Shown here piece after piece: positions 48,479 to 52,871 of a DNA stretch of 52,871 nucleotides. The stretch comes from a virus. Its lineage: Duplodnaviria > Caudoviricetes. Within the stretch, counting starts at the first letter, position 1; the number at the start of each line of letters is the position of its first letter. A program made the position numbers and the translations under genes. The notes below the pieces were generated by a model that was given only the letters and a program-made list of their open reading frames with translations, did no database searches and was not told where the DNA came from. The DNA is taken from positions 1-52,871 of the IMG/VR virus record IMGVR_UViG_3300025718_000009, one strand, 5' to 3'.

Positions 48479-49156
48479 TTACAACAATAAAACCGGAATC
48501 AAAATCTTAAACATCAAGGCCAATCCCCCAATTAGAGCCACATTCCCAATAAGTGCTTTACTTTCATCATCTAGGGAAGGGGGTACCGGAATCTCCAATG
48601 GTGCTACCTCTGGCTTTCGATCTGGCAGCTCCTTCTTATCAGTCAAGTTCTTCTTAATAGTTTCGAGGTATTTTTCAAAGGTGTCATTATTTTTAAGATG
48701 CTCACCGACTTCAACCTTAATCTTTTCCTCAATTCCATCTGCTGTGATCTTTCGTTCATAAGTGATGCTGTCTTTTGGTATGGGTGCTGGTCTGCCAACA
48801 TCTACTAGCTTGCTGCCGTTCTTTAGCTTATTGCCGATCTTAGCTGTGAGCCAATTACCTAGTGCATCCCCTCGCATCTCAGCAATTTCATATCCCTTTG
48901 GTAGACCAACGACTAACTGACTACCGGGCGCAATCTTTGACCACATTCCTAGGCTATATGCGCCCATTGCTGGATCTTCCTCTGACCAGAACAGTGATGT
49001 CTGAAGAGGGTTATTAGATGGGTAAGGGTAGAGGTAGTATAGATTGCTTGACGCTGCCGCTTTAAAGGGATTAGAGAGGTTTAATCCGATGAGGATGAGG
49101 ATTACGGCAAGGGCTAGTGTACGCTTGACTGAGGATTTACGTAAAACTATAAACAT
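48479..49156 (-). CDS. Exported protein with signal peptide and C-terminal membrane anchor
   Basis: LALAVILILIGL...KAAA; C-terminal GNVALIGGLALMFKILIPVLLL. Confidence 0.7.
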   Translation of the reverse strand: MFIVLRKSSVKRTLALAVILILIGLNLSNPFKAAASSNLYYLYPYPSNNPLQTSLFWSEEDPAMGAYSLGMWSKIAPGSQLVVGLPKGYEIAEMRGDALGNWLTAKIGNKLKNGSKLVDVGRPAPIPKDSITYERKITADGIEEKIKVEVGEHLKNNDTFEKYLETIKKNLTDKKELPDRKPEVAPLEIPVPPSLDDESKALIGNVALIGGLALMFKILIPVLLL

Positions 49157-49167
49157 AATTTTCCCCC

Positions 49168-49881
49168 CTATTTCATCCAAACTTTAGGATCAATCGTCTT
49201 TCCACCAACTCTGATTTCAAAATGTAAGTGCGGGCCAGTTGAGTTACCGGTTGAACCGGATAACCCAACCACATTATCATTACCCCATAGTTTCTTACCT
49301 GGTGTGGCAGTTACCTTGCTGAGATGAGCATAAAGGGTTACCCATCCCCCGCCATGATCGACCATTACATAATTACCATAAATATCATCTTTGTTAATAG
49401 CAATAACCTTTCCTTCTCTGGACACCTTTACCGTTGTTCCGTCTTTGACAGCAAAATCAATTCCGTGGTGATCTGCTCCTTTGTATTCCTGGGTAATTGT
49501 TCCTACTGCCGGAAGATCAAAGCGTATTGAGCTTGGTCTAAGTTTTTCCATAATCGTTAGTCCGGGAGGATACTTCGATGCACCGGTTCCAATTAGCGGA
49601 ATGTTTTCCTTAGCTTCAGGCCAAGAGGTAACTGCATTAACTCCGTTTGTGGCAGTCTCTACGCCCTCCTTTACCTTTGTGTAAGTAATGCTGGCGTTAT
49701 GAACATCGTCGAGCACCTGGGTTAATCTAGGTCCTACAACACCTAATATTGTTAAGGCAAACCCCGCATAAAAGAGATACTTAACGACTTGTTTTGCGCC
49801 AGGAAAAGCTATCTCGACGAATATCCGAGTAATGACATACATGGCGCCCAACCTCATAATTCCTGCAATCATTGTGGCCAC
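49168..49881 (-). CDS. Membrane-anchored M23 (LytM) peptidase
   Basis: HHGID, YAHL, GNSTGPHLHFE; two N-terminal TM helices. Confidence 0.92.
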   Translation of the reverse strand: MATMIAGIMRLGAMYVITRIFVEIAFPGAKQVVKYLFYAGFALTILGVVGPRLTQVLDDVHNASITYTKVKEGVETATNGVNAVTSWPEAKENIPLIGTGASKYPPGLTIMEKLRPSSIRFDLPAVGTITQEYKGADHHGIDFAVKDGTTVKVSREGKVIAINKDDIYGNYVMVDHGGGWVTLYAHLSKVTATPGKKLWGNDNVVGLSGSTGNSTGPHLHFEIRVGGKTIDPKVWMK

Positions 49882-50099
49882 GCTCCCCCTGAGCTGATGG
49901 TTGCAGCGACATTCATGAGTTTCCCCACTGTACTAACCATCATTAAGGCGATTGATCCGTAGGCGAGCATCTCCAAGAACTGAGCGTAACGGCTATATCC
50001 CAATACATTTAGGATCATTTTGAGTAAGAATAATCCTCCGGCAATTTTGACAATAAGGAACATATTAGCTAAGACAATGTTGATAGCGGCATCACCCAT
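49869..50099 (-). CDS. SpoIIIAC/AD-like two-TM protein (76 aa)
   Basis: KIAG...ILNVLGYSRYAQFLEMLAY resembles SpoIIIAC as I recall it (QIAG...ILDQMGKKEYAQWVTLLGF); AAGGAG RBS. Confidence 0.6.
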   Translation of the reverse strand: MGDAAINIVLANMFLIVKIAGGLFLLKMILNVLGYSRYAQFLEMLAYGSIALMMVSTVGKLMNVAATISSGGAWPQ

Positions 50100-50802
50100 G
50101 ACTAGCCAACTCCTTTTGCTTACTAATTTCTCTTGCTCTGAGTGCGATTCTCCAACATAGGCCCCTGAGTTCATCCAGTGTGTAAAAAGCTGTGGTGACA
50201 TTCTTCATGCCTGATAGTTCATTGAGAACCTGGCGTTTGATGGCATCGTAGGATTCAGCGGTGACTACTATTAAGGTTAACTGCTGGTCATTCGCAAAGG
50301 ATCCAAATAAGGCTTTGTAGTTTTTATCCCAATCACTGACAGAACTGCTGACTTGGAATTCTCCGAAGTAATGGTTAATTCCCCATTTTGCATGGATAGT
50401 TTTACAGTAAGCATCAGGTCTAATCTTAAATATTGACTCGAACTTTGTTTCCTCATCTTTATAATAGATGAGTTTTTCTTCACTCCCTGGCATTGTCCGG
50501 ATATTGAGGGAAGTGTAAAGCCACGATTTACCCAGCCGGTGTTGAATTTGATCTGGACGCTTCTCATCATAATTGTGGAACCAATCTGGCGTATCTGACC
50601 ATGTCATCCTTACTCTGCGGATCAAATGATTTTCCTCAAGTCTTTGAGTGCAGCGGTGTGACATTTCGGTGCTGACATTTCCAAACTCAAGTAAATGGAT
50701 TTGCTCCTGAGATAAGACGTTTAATGCTTTGAGATGCGCCAGCACTCTCTGATCTCGTTTGCGACCTTGGACGTGGGTAGTTGGTTTCTGGTTCATAGTC
50801 AT
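50092..50802 (-). CDS. Replication-relaxation (Replic_Relax) family protein
   Basis: RDQRVL..L..LNVLSQEQI wHTH, IQHRL, IRPDAY...F.E; follows FtsK. Confidence 0.75.
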   Translation of the reverse strand: MTMNQKPTTHVQGRKRDQRVLAHLKALNVLSQEQIHLLEFGNVSTEMSHRCTQRLEENHLIRRVRMTWSDTPDWFHNYDEKRPDQIQHRLGKSWLYTSLNIRTMPGSEEKLIYYKDEETKFESIFKIRPDAYCKTIHAKWGINHYFGEFQVSSSVSDWDKNYKALFGSFANDQQLTLIVVTAESYDAIKRQVLNELSGMKNVTTAFYTLDELRGLCWRIALRAREISKQKELASHG

Positions 50803-52057
50803 GTACCTCCCCTTGAATGTCTTGATATGGCATGGCTAACTTTGGCAATTTATCCATGAGCTGATGGAAGAGTTTGGGGTCCTTTGCCTTTGAGGGGAAG
50901 TAAGGGACCTGAATCTCTGTTTCCTCGCTAAACTTGTAGATGGCACGACCTGGTATCTTGGGGAGGTAGGCGGCTTTATCTGAATCAAGAATAATTTGGC
51001 TGTTCACAGGATCCGCCGTTCTAAAACATATCCTTGATTCAAATTGACTCTTGAATTCGCTGAATTCGTTTGAGCTTCCCCATGCTTTAGCTGATGGCCT
51101 TTGGGTAGCTGCCCATACATAGATTCCTTGGGAACGATATTTGCGAACTGCTTTAATCATTAGCTTCCTGCAATTCTTATCCTCTCCGAGATCAGTAACC
51201 TCATCAGCGACTACAACAACGAATGGAAGTTGTTTACCTAGTGCATGGTATTCGATGATGTTGTTTGCCTTGCCGCCGATTAAATCCTGTCGTCTTTCAT
51301 TTTCCTCGTCCAGCATTTCTAATAATTGAAGTATTTCATCCATATCATGTACCCATATCGCTCCATAATCCTCAAAGTATTTGAACTCCTTGATCTTAGG
51401 GTCGATGATGCAGACGATAACCCTAGGATTAAGTAAATCTGTGTTAAGGCTTAGAAGACTGTATATAGCTCCGTGGAAGAGAACTGACTTACCACTTCCT
51501 CTAAGCCCCCCAGTAAGGATTGTTACGAGTTCTGCCATGTCTACAATAATGGGTCCACTTGCGCTATAACCGAGTAGGATAGGCAGCTCCATTTTCTTTA
51601 AGTAAGGTAGAGACTCGAAAGTGAAGGGATATGATCGGTCGAGTAATATGTTTGAGATAGTCATAATGACCGACAGTCCATTCTTTTCAATCTCACAGGA
51701 TCCGTTCCCAATTGCTGTGGCAAAATGCTTTTCCTTACTCTTAAACTCAGAGTAATCGCACCCGGCCGGCAAGTGGATAATTAGGCACCATGTTTGTTTT
51801 TTCTTTGGCTTGACCGTTATCCAGTACATAATCTCCTGGGTACTAAACTTCTTAGGAAGACTTAAGTGCTGTTTGGTTGATTCCTTGGGAGAACTTAATG
51901 TCTTGCGAAAGATAAAAGGTTTCATGGGAGCTGATTTGTAGAGGATTTGGATTGTGTCATAAACTGAGCTTGGTATCTCATCTTCAGGTCCGCGATAGAG
52001 CGATCTCATGACAGCTTCTTTTAGGTTCTGCCCGAGGTTATCATCCTTCTTGGACAT
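50687..52057 (-). CDS. FtsK/SpoIIIE-family ATPase
   Basis: GGLRGSGKS, IIDPK, VVVADE, ATQRP, IPGRAI. Confidence 0.93.
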   Translation of the reverse strand: MSKKDDNLGQNLKEAVMRSLYRGPEDEIPSSVYDTIQILYKSAPMKPFIFRKTLSSPKESTKQHLSLPKKFSTQEIMYWITVKPKKKQTWCLIIHLPAGCDYSEFKSKEKHFATAIGNGSCEIEKNGLSVIMTISNILLDRSYPFTFESLPYLKKMELPILLGYSASGPIIVDMAELVTILTGGLRGSGKSVLFHGAIYSLLSLNTDLLNPRVIVCIIDPKIKEFKYFEDYGAIWVHDMDEILQLLEMLDEENERRQDLIGGKANNIIEYHALGKQLPFVVVVADEVTDLGEDKNCRKLMIKAVRKYRSQGIYVWAATQRPSAKAWGSSNEFSEFKSQFESRICFRTADPVNSQIILDSDKAAYLPKIPGRAIYKFSEETEIQVPYFPSKAKDPKLFHQLMDKLPKLAMPYQDIQGEVHDYEPETNYPRPRSQTRSESAGASQSIKRLISGANPFT

Positions 52058-52071
52058 TATCTTTTCACTCC

Positions 52072-52206
52072 TTACTTTGTGAGAAACATCAATGCTCCAT
52101 GGATGATCTGCTGTACGGCAACGTAAGCAGCGTCAACGGTTTCACGTCTGATGACTAATGGGTAGATCTTACTTGCAGTAATGGCTGTGATCATGAAAAA
52201 CGGCAT
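52072..52206 (-). CDS. Small hydrophobic protein (44 aa)
   Basis: MPFFMITAITASKIYP...; start overlaps upstream stop. Confidence 0.5.
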   Translation of the reverse strand: MPFFMITAITASKIYPLVIRRETVDAAYVAVQQIIHGALMFLTK

Positions 52207-52391
52207 TAACCATCCACCCCCAACTTCGCAACTAATCCCTCTAAGGCAATCAGCATTTCCTCGCATTGTTCCTTACTTGGCGGTGCAACCTTCAACAAGA
52301 ATGGGAAAATAAAAAGCAATGCCCTTAACCTCATGTAGAATATGTGGCCGTGCATCTTATTCCTAATAACTCCCGCAACCGGTTTATTCAT
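52206..52391 (-). CDS. Small protein with hydrophobic segment (61 aa)
   Basis: AAGGAG RBS; coupled ORF. Confidence 0.55.
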   Translation of the reverse strand: MNKPVAGVIRNKMHGHIFYMRLRALLFIFPFLLKVAPPSKEQCEEMLIALEGLVAKLGVDG

Positions 52392-52587
52392 CGTCGTCTC
52401 CACTCCTTTCAAAACACTTCATATCATCGACCGTTCCAATTAGGCCCCTCTTAATTAGAAGTAACATTACGGCTTCGCGAACAATATCTGAGGGCAATTC
52501 GCCCTCTTTCAGTTCCAAACGTCCTACGCCTAGTCTTATGTCCCTGTCGTTGCGCCTGATCTTTGCCCTTAACTCCGCTACCTTCAC
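52384..52587 (-). CDS. Small putative ribbon-helix-helix regulator
   Basis: ELRAKIR...SDIVREAV; GGAGGTGA RBS before GTG. Confidence 0.55.
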   Translation of the reverse strand: MKVAELRAKIRRNDRDIRLGVGRLELKEGELPSDIVREAVMLLLIKRGLIGTVDDMKCFERSGDDDE

Positions 52588-52642
52588 CGCGTCACCTCCA
52601 TGTTGCGTTTGCGCCATGCTTTAGTGTACTTTTCGATATAAT

Positions 52643-52674
52643 AAAAAAGAACTACCCTAAAAATAGAGAAGTTC
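52643..52674 (-). terminator. Intrinsic terminator serving the integrase in the excised (attP) form
   Basis: Minus strand GAACTTCTCTA-TTTT-TAGGGTAGTTC-TTTTTT. Confidence 0.6.
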
Positions 52675-52744
52675 AAATATAACGTATATATGGAAAATAA
52701 TTGATAGCGACATATTTTATTTAAAGCAAAGTAACGCGTACATC

Positions 52745-52755
52745 TTGATGAGCGT
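52745..52755 (+). repeat. attR core TTGATGAGCGT
   Basis: Identical to 117-127. Confidence 0.93.
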
Positions 52756-52871
52756 GCGCTCGTGCAAATGGCGGGAAGGGTGGGTCGAACGAAAGAAAGT
52801 CCAGAGGGAAGCGTTGTATTTATATCTAGGCAGAGAACAACCGCGATGAAGACGGCTATTCTTTGGATCGA
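52745..52871 (+). pseudogene. comFA: comFA downstream part; continues beyond the window
   Basis: DERALVQMAGRVGRTKESPEGSVVFISRQRTTAMKTAILWI; QxAGRVGR is helicase motif VI. Confidence 0.85.

Larger units (their letters stand above)
117..52755. mobile_element. Complete temperate prophage (siphovirus-like) integrated in comFA
   Basis: Bounded by an 11-bp direct repeat; contains integrase, switch, replication, head, tail and lysis modules. Confidence 0.95.

Noticed and set aside
48479-52587. Classical conjugative T4SS or type VII secretion locus
   Set aside because: No VirB4, canonical MOB relaxase, WXG100 or multi-domain EssC recognised
52587-52744. Excision-dependent read-through from the integrase into the co-oriented FtsK operon
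   Set aside because: A terminator-like hairpin with T-run at 52643-52674 lies between them; not excluded but unsupported

Overview
The window is one apparently complete ~52.6 kb temperate siphovirus-type prophage of a spore-forming Firmicute (Peptococcaceae/Desulfosporosinus-like host is my inference). A large serine recombinase has inserted it into the competence helicase gene comFA. The 11-bp core TTGATGAGCGT is at 117-127 and 52745-52755, and joining the flanks restores an in-frame ComFA (...TTILERGIT...HPVFDER|ALVQMAGRVGR...). Gene order: integrase and a small LexA-box-associated ORF; cI/cro switch; recombination/replication genes (fused SbcD-SbcC, ERF, SSB, DEAD helicase, SigF/G-like sigma, VRR-NUC, primase-DUF927 with iterons); packaging/head/tail; lysis; then a ~11 kb accessory region. 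The most unusual elements are: (1) an 8-gene minus-strand operon at the right end with an FtsK/SpoIIIE ATPase, a Replic_Relax protein, a SpoIIIAC-like membrane protein and a membrane-anchored M23 peptidase, which together with other sporulation-like cargo suggests a phage DNA-translocation system; (2) an att site inside the integrase 3' end, so that integration swaps the integrase C-terminus and removes its terminator; (3) a ParB-like/HEPN-like protein with a 16x18-bp repeat linker paired with a Dam-type methyltransferase (candidate defence). All family calls come from motif recognition by eye; no searches were run.
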